64,000 bases of DNA, from NCBI GenBank assembly GCA_012026655.1, contig JAAILG010000374.1, positions 1 to 64,000 on the forward strand. Reading direction: 5' to 3'. The notes under the pieces are model-generated. The model was not told the origin of the DNA, did not search any database, and worked only from the letters and a program-made list of their open reading frames with translations. Below are positions 26,070-38,960 of this stretch, piece after piece. Positions within the stretch are counted from its first letter, which is position 1, and the number at the start of each line of letters is the position of its first letter. A program made the translations under genes and the position numbers. Source of the stretch: Hydrolagus affinis (Eukaryota).

Positions 26070-26432
26070 GGACTCTTACAGCTTAGCGGTTAGAACACTC
26101 GCTTCAAAGTGAGAGGGTCTGGGTTCAATTCCCAGACAGGGAGAAATGTTGGACAAGTTTCCTTACTCCACATGCCTCTGTTCACCTAGCAGTAAGTAGG
26201 AATCTATTTGTTAGTTAATTGGCAGATCGCTTTTTCGGGGGTAATAATACCTAAAAAAAAACTTTATAGCAATTTGGTAACTTAATCCACCTGTGATACA
26301 CAGCTGTGTGCAATTGGCTGCTGCATTTTACCCCCAAAATATACTCTACAGTCAATTCATTTTTAAAGCGCTTTGAGACGTTCAGAATATGTGAAAAGCG
26401 CTATATCAAACGCAAGGATTCTTTTATTATTA
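26070..26432 (+). mobile_element. tRNA-derived SINE, full length
   Basis: cagcttagcggttagaacactcgc...gggttcaattccc...caagtttccttactcc...gcgctttgagacgttcagaatatgtgaaaagcgctatatcaaacgcaaggatt. Confidence 0.85.
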
Positions 26433-27391
26433 CTGTTTTGAACAAACCACTGAAGTTAACAGTGTCAAGGAGACTGTCATTAACCTGTCATTGGGTGAGA
26501 GTGTCATTAACCCAAGGGCACTTCAGGAACTATATATTAATTTAGCTCCCTCATCGTCGGATCAGTATCTTTTTTAAGCAATTATCCTTAATGGCATTAG
26601 CATGCATTCTTTAAGTATAAATATTCAGAGAGCAGACTCATGAGAACGGAGAAAAGCAACAGCACGTCAGTGTCGATCACAAGTCTCTGCAATAATAGCT
26701 TGATTCTTAAAAGGGAGCCCAATGGTGAGACTGTTTCAGGTTCTTCTGGGTAGCAATAACAAATTTATAACCTGCAGTATGGAATTGAAGTGGTAAGAAC
26801 AATTTTCTTGGTGAACTGCAGCCAATGGACACTTAAAAAAAATCTAATTTGGGTCATCATCCAGTCAACACATGAAATATTCATTCAAACACCATGGTTG
26901 ACTAGTGAAAGTAATAGTATTCAAAGCCAAGGCAAGCCTGTGCATTCCATACGTAATCCCTGTCTGGGGATTTTCAAAGTGGCAGTTAGTCATATCTAGA
27001 AAGAGGTACGAAGCACTTTATGTGACAGTGAGATGAATTTTAGAATACCCAAAAGGGCCTACACAGTTCCCAATGACACAATGTCTACATATATGCAAAA
27101 CTCTCAATTTATTCCTGCAAGAAGGAAAAAAGATCTTCTATTTTGCAAGCTATTAGATCTTAATAGTCTATCATTGCATTGCATTATTTTAGTATTTCCT
27201 CAACATTCAAAAATTCTTTTCAGAATCCTACAGAAATCTAGGACAGAAGAAAGAAGTCAAACAACAGTGGAAAATATTGGATATGTAACAGACAACAATG
27301 GGATAAAGATTATAAATAATAGTTTGATAGATGAATTGGAGTTACAGATAGAGTTAATACATAACTATGTCAGTTTATACAGTTAATTGAT

Positions 27392-27746
27392 GGTGTTTAG
27401 AGCATTCACCTCTCAAGTGAGATACCTGGGTCTACTCTCAGCAAGGCGAAACATTGGCAAGTTTCTTTACTCCACACACACACTTCCATTTACCAAGCAA
27501 TAAGTAGGCTGTTAGTCGATTGGCGGATCACTTTCCGGGGAAAATATTCCCCCCCCCCAATAATAATTTGATCACTCAATCCACACCCGTCTACGGAACA
27601 TTGCTGTGTGCACTTGGCTACCACGTTTCACCCATAAATATACAGTCAAATCATTTAATAGTACAGTATATTCTATGAAGCTTTTTGAGACGTCTAGAAG
27701 ATGTGAAACGCACTTTATCAGATGCAATGATTATTATTATTATTAA
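27392..27746 (+). mobile_element. tRNA-derived SINE, about 130 nt upstream of the exon 9 acceptor
   Basis: ttagagcattcacctctcaagtgagatacctggg...ggcaagtttctttactcc...gagacgtctagaagatgtgaaa...gattattattattatt. Confidence 0.8.
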
Positions 27747-27874
27747 CATTTTAAAAATGTACTCATTCCATTATGTTCCATATGTGAAACTTTCTAACTA
27801 TAAATCAACAAGCCATGTATAATATCATTTATTTGGTTACACCTTTACCTTTTTTTCTTTTCCTCGCCATGCAG

Positions 27875-27976
27875 TTGGCACTGTGGGATCCAGTGAAAGG
27901 ACTGAATGGGAGTCTACAGGAAAGACGCCTGGAGAGTGACATGCAAGGAGTCACTCTGAAAGTAGTCACTGTCCTG
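27875..27976 (+). CDS. GRID1: GRID1 coding exon (exon 9 equivalent), ATD-LBD linker and start of S1
   Basis: Polypyrimidine tract plus gcAG, CTG|gtaaga donor; 102 nt; [34 protein letters not shown]. Confidence 0.97.
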
Positions 27977-28864
27977 GTAAGAGAGATCAGAATGTTTAAA
28001 GAAAGAGAGAACATTTCATGATTGGATTTTTATCAAACCTTTTACAATGCATTGTCGGCAACTCTATGGAAAATGCTACCTCTGCACAAACTGGCTTTTT
28101 ATGTTTTCTGCTAATATACTTTCTGCTGAAATTCATTAATAATTCAGTATTGAAGTTACTCAAACACCAGAATAGCTGTATTACTGTGATATTAAGCATA
28201 AATTAATAAATATTAAAAACTGAATTTATAATAAAACATTTTGAAGTAATTATTTTAAATTCTTTCACCTCTAGTATATCTTGCCAATTCGCTCTTTGTT
28301 TAACTTATTTTTTTTCAAAATCTATTCTACCTTTATAATAAATAATTGATCATTTTTATTAACATTTAATAACTTGCTTACCAATTTCCTTTTCCTCTTT
28401 GGAATCAGCTACAAGTTTGTTTCAAGAATGATTTTTGTTGCCTAATATTTTATACATTGTGTAATCCTATTGAGCATTCAGTGGTTTTATTGTGCTTGGT
28501 TAAGCATTATTCTTGGATTACATTTAACACTGATTTTGCATAAACATGTCCAGTTTGGATTATTTTTGAGCTCATAGTCTAGGGGGAGACTCCAAAACAA
28601 TGTTGAGAGAGCTCTTGAGAGTCACCTGAAAATCCCTAGATGAGTTAACATTGCACTTAAAGGATTCAAACTGGGAAATTAAGTAACACAATCTGTAAAA
28701 ACAGTGTCTTTCCCTGCAGGATCCAAGGTTACAAACCCAAACAGGGATGTAGCTCCTGCCTCTCTTCCATGGAGTGGTATAGATTTAACCCTGTCACCTC
28801 TGTGATAAAATTATCTTTATTTCAGTGGGGAATACTTTGCATCTTCAGTCTTGGAAGCCATTTA

Positions 28865-29022
28865 TTTCATAGCTGTTTGTGAGACATTGCTGTGCGCAAT
28901 TGTCCTGAAACATTTACCTACAAATGCATACAATCCGTTTTACAGTAATCTCTGTAAAGTGCTTTGAGACATCCTTCGGGTATTGTTAAGGGGCTATAGC
29001 TGGTGCAGGGATTACTATTATT
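28865..29022 (+). mobile_element. SINE 3' fragment (DeuSINE-like tail)
   Basis: gtttgtgagacattgctgtgcgcaatt...gtgctttgagacatcc...aaggggctatag...gcagggattactatt. Confidence 0.55.
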
Positions 29023-29458
29023 AGATGAATTACTCATCTTTGATAGTTTGAGGGAGATGTCGTAACGTAATGCATTATTTGAAGCTGATACACTCTGAGT
29101 TAATAACTTTTTACTTTTTCCCTCACTGTTTGGTGACCAGTTCCCTGATATCAACATCAATCATTCTTCATATAACATAAATCGATGGACAGGATAGTAA
29201 TCCTTTCAAATTATTGGATTGTAATAAGTGATAATAATGCAGTCCCGTCTCATCCAACCCACCCCCACCCCACCCACCCACCCCTGCCCCCGTCCGCCAT
29301 TGCAAGGAATACTGGTGAATTACTTCTTTAAGAGGTATACATATTTAAGTATTAAAAGGAGACCTAGAATAGTGTAGGTTTCACTATTTGAACTTGTGTT
29401 CAGGTCACGGTGTTAGATTTTTAAAGTATGTTTTCATATATCATGTTTGTGCCCGCAG

Positions 29459-29656
29459 GAGGAACCCTTCGTCATGGTGGCTGAAAATATCCTGGGTCAG
29501 CCCAAACGTTACAAGGGCTTTTCAATCGATGTTCTTGATGCCCTGTCAAAGAACCTTGGTTTCAAGTATGAGATTTATCAAGCCACCGATCATAAATATG
29601 GGCACCAGATTCCCAATGGCTCCTGGAATGGAATGATCGGTGAATTGATTAACAAG
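29459..29656 (+). CDS. GRID1: GRID1 coding exon (exon 10 equivalent), ligand-binding domain S1
   Basis: cccgcAG acceptor, AAG|gtaagc donor; 198 nt; [66 protein letters not shown]. Confidence 0.98.
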
Positions 29657-31294
29657 GTAAGCATGGTTTAGTCAATCCAAACTGGATTAAAACACCTCTG
29701 TAGATTTGATCTGCCCAACTCTATTTCCCCCCAGCACCCCTCTCCCCTACTTTCAAAATCCATCTTAAAAAAACCCCACTAGTTCTTTCCCTGCAGCCAC
29801 CTCTCCCAGTTTAGCCTCCCACCCTGTCTTTGTAAAACACTTGAAGACATTCTCCTTACACAAACAGCATTATTCAAGAGCATACTGTTATTCGAACATC
29901 AGCCTTAATGTTCCTGATTTAAGACTTTTCTCACAAAGATAAACCAATCCCCTACTATTTATATTAAATGAAATATAAAAGAAATATCCAGCACCTGTTT
30001 CGCTCCATTAGGTCCAGGGCCCAGTACCATGTATTTGGCATTGCTGGTTCACTCTCCTGCAGTTCCTCTCTCACATCTTCAAGGACTCCTGACATTATAT
30101 TGTTTGCATAATTTGTCAATACAAATTCAATACAAATGACTATTATTGACAAATTATTCTATCTTAAAAGGAAAATATGTTCCTTTCACAATATTTTTCA
30201 AATTTGTGTTTGGTTTGTTCCATAATTCATTCGAAACAAATGAATATCCAGCAACAAATGTACCTCCCACTTACTGAAATGGATGTACAGTTATTTGGCT
30301 TCGTATTTTTCAGGGGTGCTTGTCAAGTATATGACTAACAACAGCAGAGGCCAGGATCTAATCCTGACTTTAGTTTTTTCTTTGTGTTTGTTTTCACCCA
30401 CGTTGTACTCTGGTGCGAAACAACTCAAACACAGAACTCCCTGATTTTCTTATTCATTCAGCTGTCAGTAGCGAGTGCAGTATCAACATCTGCTGGCACA
30501 AAGCTCCTAATGACCTCACCATGGGAAGCTCTGTAGGTGGAAAGCTTCTACTTTTACAACAAAAACTTGCTTTGACTGTAAAGTGATAAATTTTGATTTA
30601 ATACTCATGCAAAGAACTAGGGGATTGAGTTTACCACCTCATTAGCACCAAGTGCTAAGTGATCAGCACTGAGCACCACAGGGATGAAGCTTCTGCCAGG
30701 GTTTCATGTAGATTTTGGCTGGATTAATAGTAATTACTACAAGCCACCAATTTTCCACATTAATGCTACAGCTGCGTTACAACACTGCTACAGGCAACAC
30801 TGTTGTAAGATAAACAAAGTAGAGCAAACTTCTCATCAAGGCCTTGTACTCAAAACACGATTATGCTGCTGAGAAAGGTAGAAAATAACATACTGGTTTA
30901 GATAGTCTAAAGTAAACATAATTCCATAAAGTCTAAAGTTTTTAGTATAAATGAATTGTCCAGTGTTATGTATTGTATAGTGGAGTTGGTAGAAATTAGA
31001 GTACAGTACAAGATTTGATAAAGGTTAATACTTGGCAGGTGGAAAGATTTGGAGTGACAGAGGCTTTATTTAGAAGTCATGCAAATGGCAAGAGTAACCG
31101 TGCCCAGCATTTAAATGCTTTATATGCATGTTTGAGATCAACTAATAAGCCACAGGACACAATACCTATTACATAGGGTGACTGGGGAGATGGTTGTCAA
31201 TAGTGAATTACCTAGGAATTTGTTTGTAAAATGTATTAGGTTTTGGAATCACGTTTTTCTTTCTCCATCTGTTTTATTCTATTTGGCGTTTTGA

Positions 31295-31660
31295 TTGAGC
31301 CAGGTGTCAGTTGGCAGCATGCTTGCCTCTGAGTAAGAAATTCAGGCTCCTCGTTGGGACTTCCATCTCGCATAGCATAGACTGACATACCAATAAGGTG
31401 CTGTGGAAGCTCTATGTTGTTGGAGGTGGTGGGCCAATGGTGGGATGGGCGGGTCAGGAGACGTGGAGCAGGCCGGAGCCTGCTGAGCGGAGGGGGTGGG
31501 CAGGTTGGTAGTGGGTTAGGAGGTCGCAGAGTTAGGGTGGGGCGAGGCCATGGAGAGCTTTGAATGTGAATAATATAAATTATTCAGTAAATCCTAAAAA
31601 GTGCTTTGTGGTGGCTTCCGGACATAAAAGGTGCTATATCAAATGTAATGATTATTCCTG
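31295..31660. mobile_element. DeuSINE-like element interrupted by a minus-strand L2 fragment (about 31432-31570)
   Basis: Head gtcagttggcagcatgcttgcctctgagt; G-rich insert gagacgtggagcaggccggagcctgctgagcggagggg matches the L2 at 18735-18840; SINE tail aaaaggtgctatatcaaatg follows. Confidence 0.55.
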
Positions 31661-31975
31661 TTTTCTATTAATGGTGTTCTAAAACCCTAGTTAATGTCTA
31701 GATATATTTGTTACATTTCATGCTACTAATCACAGCTATAATCTTTCAATCAAAAATGGAATGATGAACCTAATGGAAGTTAAACATGAAATTATTGCCA
31801 TGTCTATCAGATTATAAGGCAACTGTCTTTGAGTTTATAGTTGTTTTTGTAGATAACATTTTTGAACTCCACGCGGCGTTATCAAATACGTTTAGAAAAT
31901 GATTACCTGAAAATTATAAGTGTAACGCCTATAAAATGGGTAATGTGCTGAAAACTGCTTGTTTGTGCTTTCCAG

Positions 31976-32306
31976 CGAGCAGATCTTGCAATATCAGCTA
32001 TAACTATCACTCCAGAACGAGAAAGTGTTGTGGATTTCAGCAAGCGGTACATGGACTACTCCGTTGGAATCCTCCTAAGAAAACCAGAAGAAAAGATTAA
32101 CATCTTTTCTGTCTTTGCCCCCTTTGACCTGGCAGTCTGGGCTTGCATAGCGGCAGCAATCCCTGTGGTGGGAGTCCTGATCTTCGTGCTCAATCGGGTT
32201 CAGTTGATCCGAGCACAATCCCCATCGAAACCTCAGACTCCTCCTTCCAATACCAACACTCTGCACAGTGCCATCTGGCTTGTCTACGGTGCTTTTGTTC
32301 AGCAAG
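31976..32306 (+). CDS. GRID1: GRID1 coding exon (exon 11 equivalent), end of S1, M1 and M2 pore loop
   Basis: ctttccAG acceptor, AAG|gtgcgt donor; 331 nt, ends in phase 1; [74 protein letters not shown]...[16 protein letters not shown](G). Confidence 0.98.
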
Positions 32307-35300
32307 GTGCGTCGAAACCACACTAGTATTTTGGCAACAGGATTAGTGTGAATTGTTATTGAACATAACTCACCTGGTGCAGATCAATGATGTACAATGG
32401 GAAATCTAGTAACCTGCGGAAGGTACAGTGAATGGCAGAAATGCGCATGGTAGAGATACAGGGAAACAATTACAGCATAGTTGGCTGGAACCAATGTCTG
32501 AGCAACTGTTGTTAGAGAGTCAGGAAAAACTGGCTGAATTTTAGGTTATCAATGTGCTGCTAATTATACTTGTAGCACAATGCAAATAGCACACTGGAAA
32601 TAACATTCATGGAGACTTAATGGCCTGGAAATCAACCTTTTTAAGATGGGATGGTGTTTTTGGTTAGTGAGGTTCCACGGGTAATGTTATATTGACGGGT
32701 GGGGTACCCTATATAACAAGGAATTGTAGTGTGTGTGGAATTTCTGTGTGTTTATTTTTACGTATAAGCACATTTTCCACTTGACTGTGGTTCATTGAAA
32801 ACTGAATGCCATATATCCATTGCCGTGTAAATAACCCCCCGCTTACATTACAAGGTCAATTTAGCAGCAGGTAGGGTGGAATAAGCCATCATCAAGGAGA
32901 CTGCTAAATTTCTCCAGATTTACCTCTAATAATGAAGTAATTTCACTGACCACTCACCTACTTGACAACAACTGGGGAGGTTTTCACAGACAAAAAACAA
33001 CAAACGTGATGAAACACCTGGTCCGCACCAGCAGCACGTGTTCAGAAGCATTATTAATAGCACATTGTTTGAATCACTGGTACAGATGAGTGATAATTTA
33101 ACTGGCTGAACAGGTGGAGCTTTAGCTAGTCAGCCGTAAAGCATTTTGTTGGTGCCTCAGGTGTCAGTCCTGCTTTATGCTGCAGCAATGTAGAGGTGCC
33201 ATCGCTATTAAAGAAAAGGTGGAAATCACCAGTTTTGGAGATGCTAACTGCCTCTGACTTCCAATGTTCCAGGGAACCAATTTATTAGTTTGCTGCTGAT
33301 TTCAAGAAGTGCCATGGGTAGGGCATTGATAATGTAAATAAGTTACAAAAGTATAAATCCAGATCCTATCATAAATGTGTCCATTAGATGTACATACATC
33401 ACTTTGTCAATTTGACGGCTGTAGCTATGTGCAGAAGTAAGTACAGTACTATAGTAGTAATCTCCCTAGGTGTAAATATACAAACACTTGGTCTGATAAA
33501 TAGAAATGCTGCATTTACAACACAGTTACATTCATTCAGCTTTTATATAAAACACCTATGCAATATACTGTACACAAGAAATCTTGTAGGTGTGAGGAAT
33601 ATTATTATGAATCATTATGATAACTAAAAACTGAAATATTTTCTGGTTAAACAAGTAATTTTGACACCAACTGTATTTATACTTTCTTTATTCAATGATA
33701 AAATATATTAACTATGCAGAGGGTGGGGGTGGGGAGGACAAGAGCAGGTGAAAGGATTGGTAGGCTCAAAAGAGGTTTCATGGGGCTTGGCTCTACATCC
33801 ACAGTACACTGTATGGTGCACTAGCATTCCCCTCAAGACATAAATGTCCACAGCATGATGGCATATTAAAGTCTGCTGGTTTCAAACAGCAATGCGTATC
33901 ACATCTCCTGGAGAAATAAACTCCTGGTGTCGTGCAACATTGCATTATTTTATATATATTCTCACCTCACAATGCATGTGATAGAACATTATTGTCCATC
34001 TATCCTGTAAATATGGAACTAAAAACTGTAATTCTCTTGCGACCTCTGATATTATGCTGAGCCCTGAAATAATAATCCTTCCATTTATATAGTGGCTTAC
34101 AATTTGAAACATCTCAAAGTACTTAACAGATTTTTCTAAAATTGTAATGACTGTAGGTGTAGGTAAACACTTATAATTCCTGTTACGAATTGTGGAGTTA
34201 TTAAATCTTTTTAAAACTAATTTTAGGTTGCTCCACTCCCTCGGAGAATAGGTTACTGATGTGAAGCCAAGTTGTTCTTTTGTTCTTTGCAATTATTTTT
34301 TGCAGTGCAAAAAGCTAACGTAAATGCCCTCAGGAATATCTATCACTTTAGATACTAAATTTTAAATTAAATAATTATCCCATTGGATATCTTATATCTA
34401 GAAATGAATGGAGATTTTCTGCAAGTTTCTTGGTTTTGTCCATGGAAACAATTTATTTTTATTTTCTGATATTTAAGACAGCAGATCTGCTGTTTGACAA
34501 TATCATAAATCTGTGAATTTACAATGTACACATTAGTGAGATTTTTACAGTATAAATTAAACGACAAAGTACTTAACTCATTCATTAACTTTTGAAGCAC
34601 GGGTATAGTGTGGCATTAAGTGGGATAAAATTGTGAGCTGTGGAATAAAATGAATATGTATTAAAAAGAGCATGCCGTGTGCCACAGGTCGAGTTGAAAA
34701 TTTTTCTTTATTGCTCGCTGCAGGGCAGCAAGGTTTAAGTGGTTTCAAAAGGAAACAACCGGCAGTCCTTATGTGATACCACGTGAGATTACTATATGAT
34801 ACCGTGTCAGCCAATCAGCATTCAGTCAGATAGTGAAAGTGAACAAGTTGACGTGGCTTCTGTCATGTTGTGACAAAATGTCCAGTAAACCATTTCGCAT
34901 GAGTGATGGAAAACAAAAGGAGATATCTATTTTGCAATGTTTCTTCTCAAGCTACACGTTGAGCTGTCATTTCATCTATTGTAGCTCTAACACAAACTAG
35001 TTGGCTTCGGTTGTACGAGAGCGCCATGCAATGTTGTTGCCATTGCTGTGATGGAAGGCATGCTTTAGTTCAGAGAGCCACACTGATTGAAAGGAAAAAT
35101 GTTTTGGTTTGTTACCAAGTGCACAAAGCTTCAGAAAGGCTAGCCTTTCAACAGAACTGACAAAAAAAAGACCACAGTTTCACGTATATTTTTTGAAAAA
35201 AGGCAAATATTACCTGGAGAGATCAAGACATCTTCTGTACGTTGGACCTGATTGAATAACTTGACTACGGTTTAATGTTCACAGTGAAGTGAGCCCAAAG

Positions 35301-36914
35301 GTAGTGTTTTGGAAGGAATTATTGCAAACTGATGGATGGGCATAGAAATCGAAAAGGCACTTGGCTTCCAATATTATGGAGACCATCAAAAGATTCAATT
35401 TATAATGTTTTACCATGGATATCGGTGTGTGATCAAAGAAGGGCAAATGGATCCACTTACCCAGAGACATCCTGGTTAATATTTTATCGTACTTGCTTTT
35501 TTCCTGAAACATTGATTCCTAAACTGGGCAAGTACAAATCAGAGTATTTTCTCACAACAAACTGCCTTTGACAAGATATAAGCCGTTCATTTACCCAGGC
35601 ATCAGTGTTCTTTAACTGCTCTCTTTTCTATGGATTTATTTGGGAGAATATCTTGAATGATATATTAAAAAATTATTCTTTGCTCAAAAATGAAAATCCC
35701 ACAATCATCTAAAATCATCTAATCCCACAACATCAACAACAACTTGCATTTATATAGCCCCTCCAAAAAATGTAAATTAACCCTAGTGTGAAAGTAACTA
35801 GCTATCAGTTCCGAATTCTCCAAATAACAAAACCCCTCTTGCACTCCACCTGATTTGTCTTGACACAATCTACTTGATCTCCTGCTAACTTCACTTGTCA
35901 GAATAATCCCACTTCTATATTTATTTACCATTTCTCTGAGTAATACTATTGGCTCGAATGCAAATGAGGATTCAGATCTTAAATCTGGTTTATCACTGCT
36001 GGAACAGGGTAAAGCAATACAATTGGCACTGTTGAATAGCAAGCGATATCCACTAATGATTTAGGATCAAGAATGACAAGAACACAGCCATTGTTTTCAG
36101 GGGTGGCGGTGGGGGTGGTGGAATGGAGAAGAACTAAAAATACTTGCACGTGATGTAGTACTTTTTCACGGTATCAAGACACCACAAAGCGCCTAACAGA
36201 ATATACCGTAAAGTGGAATTACTGTGTGTCACTTCCCCAACTATCTCATTATTCCAGGATGAGAGCATCGTAACAGGAGAAAATTTAATACTAATGTGCA
36301 CTAATATATCTGGTAGTAAAATAATTTTGCAAAGATGGTATTGCTTTTTATGAGTTATAGAAAAAAGTCTTATTTTATTAACTTAATTGGTGCATGTGAA
36401 TTAGGTCCAGTTAGCACTCTTTGTAATGTATTATGACTTTCAATATAATGATCTACAATTTTTAAAGGACAAATAATACATATTTTGAGTTATATTGGGA
36501 CATCTTTAATTTGCATAATTCTTTAATATGTTATTTAATTAGCATATTGAATTTATCCTCCAGCTTACATAAAAGTAGTTGTTAAGTCATTTATGAGGTT
36601 TGGCCATTTCTACAGCATTGCTTCACCTTCTGTAATGCAAAAAAAAACCAGAGAAAAATAAATATGAAATCAAAACAAGTACACAGTATGTTCTGGATAC
36701 CTCACACCCATTCTGAAAGTCCACAGACCAGTTGTTAATAATTCTGATAAATTCATCTATCCAATGAAGGGAATGGGCATATTCTTGTGAAGTCCAGTCT
36801 TTATTCCCCAAATATGTGAGGTAGAATACTGAGATTGCTCCTTTCTGTGCTCTGCTATTTTCCTTTTTGATGCACGTTTATTCTGTTACTGTATGATAGA
36901 AAGAGAATGTGCAC

Positions 36915-37110
36915 ACTGATCATGGTGGATCACTTTCTGGGGGTAATAATCTGTTGAAAATAAATTGGGTCACTCAATCTAAACAACTGCCATGTTCGCC
37001 CACAAAATACACAGTCAATTCACTGTACAATATATTCTGTGAAGTGCTTTGAGACATCTCAATGATGTGATAATGTACTATATCAATTGGAAGGATTACT
37101 ATTATTATAA
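36915..37110 (+). mobile_element. SINE 3' half, about 150 nt upstream of exon 12
   Basis: ggatcactttctgggggtaataat...cgcccacaaaatacacagtcaattcactg...gtgaagtgctttgagacatc...aggattactattatt. Confidence 0.8.
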
Positions 37111-37259
37111 GGTTCAACAGTACTGAGTCAGGACTGAAGATAACTGATGCCTGTTAGTGAAAAATATGTAAACACCTTCATTTACATGCTTCCTTTATTA
37201 GATGTCACTATTTCAATTTTTTAAAACAACTTTCTATTTAATTTTATTGCCTATTCCAG

Positions 37260-37398
37260 GTGGGGAATCAGCCATGAACTCTGTTGCCATGCGAATAGTG
37301 ATGGGTAGCTGGTGGCTCTTCACGCTCATTGTGTGTTCGTCGTACACAGCAAACCTAGCTGCATTTCTCACCGTCTCCAGAATGGATAATTCAGTGCG
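37260..37398 (+). CDS. GRID1: GRID1 coding exon (exon 12 equivalent), M3 with SYTANLAAF gate
   Basis: ctattccAG acceptor, GCG|gtatgt donor; 139 nt, phase 1/2; (G)[45 protein letters not shown](R). The Cys in LIVCSS is GluD1-type (GluD2 has Ile). Confidence 0.98.
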
Positions 37399-37539
37399 GT
37401 ATGTGACCTTCTGTTTTCATAAGGAAATTACTCTTGCTTTGTACATGATGTGTCAAATATACAATTGTAATTTCATTCTCCACATGTCTAAGCATTTCTT
37501 AATCTGCTTTGCAGTACATAATCATCTCATGGTAATGAG

Positions 37540-37775
37540 AATTGAGTGGCATGTTTAGGATGGATTAGATGTTGTATTTTCACGTTAGGGCCTTGGGATC
37601 AAATCCATCTTAGACTAAAGAGATGAGTATTTTCTCTCTCTACTTGTTAGAGTTATGATAATGTGCTTGAGGAAGTTCTGACTTTTATTTGAAGAACAAC
37701 AACAACAAAACTACATTAAAGCACATGTTTAGTACACAACTGCCCACATTTCATTATAGATTACCATTAGATTGT
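37540..37775 (+). mobile_element. Decayed tRNA-headed SINE (LF-SINE-like head)
   Basis: tggattagatgttgtattttcacgttagggccttgggatcaaatccatcttagact; similar heads at about 4003-4065 (gattcaaatccagtttagact) and about 24835-24910. Confidence 0.35.
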
Positions 37776-38960
37776 TCAAAGGATCCATGGGGTGACTGTA
37801 TCGGGATGGAAATGTGAGCTTGGGTGGATGTTGGACTCATGGCATGTTATTGTTATTATTTATGTTATGGATTCCCTGGCCTATATTTCTAACATGCTAC
37901 CTGTTTCATGTCAACATTATGGCAGAAAGTGGTTCAGTCAGATTTTTAATCCTGCGGTTTTAAATGGAGGTTGAAATATAATATTTTGGGGGCAGTTAGG
38001 GGCCTAACAATACCATCAAGGTCATATTATTATCAATTCCAAATCTAAATGTACACCCTCCCTTACCCAGCATAGGCCTTGACTGACAAAATTATTAGAA
38101 AATCTAATCTTTATGAATTGCTGTCACTGACCGTCTGCAAAAAGGAAACATATTAATTGGTGCTTGTGCAATTTTAAGGTATGCAGAGATGGTGGAGAAA
38201 ATTTATTAAGACTGGGGAAGTTCATCTCAATGGGCAAAAATTCTTTAATTCTAGAAATGTGAATAGTCAGGAGGAGGAACTTGTAAGGGTATAATTTACT
38301 CATAAGACTCCAATGGCATCAGAAGACTACTCTTCAGTACCTGAATGTTCAGAAGTCTATTCAGTGAAACAACTACTGTAGTCTTCTGAGATTCACAGCA
38401 TTATATTGCTTTTGAAAGAATAGCTATGGTTGCCATGAGAAACCTGCTTTAGTTTAATAAAAGTTTGAATAACCTCTGGACATCACCTGTCAGTCACTTA
38501 AGAATCTTTCCTCCCAGTTACCAGGCCTTGGCTGCATCAACACGAGGTGGTGAAATGGATATATGGTGTGTTAAATGGAAAGAGACAAAATTGTGTTCTA
38601 AGGAAAGAGACAATCACAGATTAAAGACTCTGGCTGCTTGTTTTACGTCACCTTGCTAACCTGAGCGTTAGAAACAATCATTGGTATTTGTTAAATATGT
38701 AGGTTAGTTGGAGTGGTCTGCACTGGACTACCTGCAAGGATTTCCATTGTATTAGACCATACAATCTTAGTCATATCTATTTATAGATATGTTGTGAAAT
38801 ATAATATGTTGTCTGTTGTGAAAGTGGAGTTATTTTGCTATGGTATAGTGAATAGTTAAAGAAAAATAGTTTATGAGGATGCATCTAATCCAAATTGTGG
38901 CATTAAGAAGTAGATTCAATTCAGTAATCTGTTGTGATTCAGGTTAAAAAAAACTTGGTA

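Noticed and set aside
32075-32323. Antisense ORFs over GRID1 exons (also 27829-28014, 51053-51235, 53367-53642)
   Set aside because: Shadow ORFs of coding exons, with no independent support.
37340-37370. Lurcher-like gating substitution in M3
   Set aside because: The motif reads SYTANLAAF exactly, with no change.
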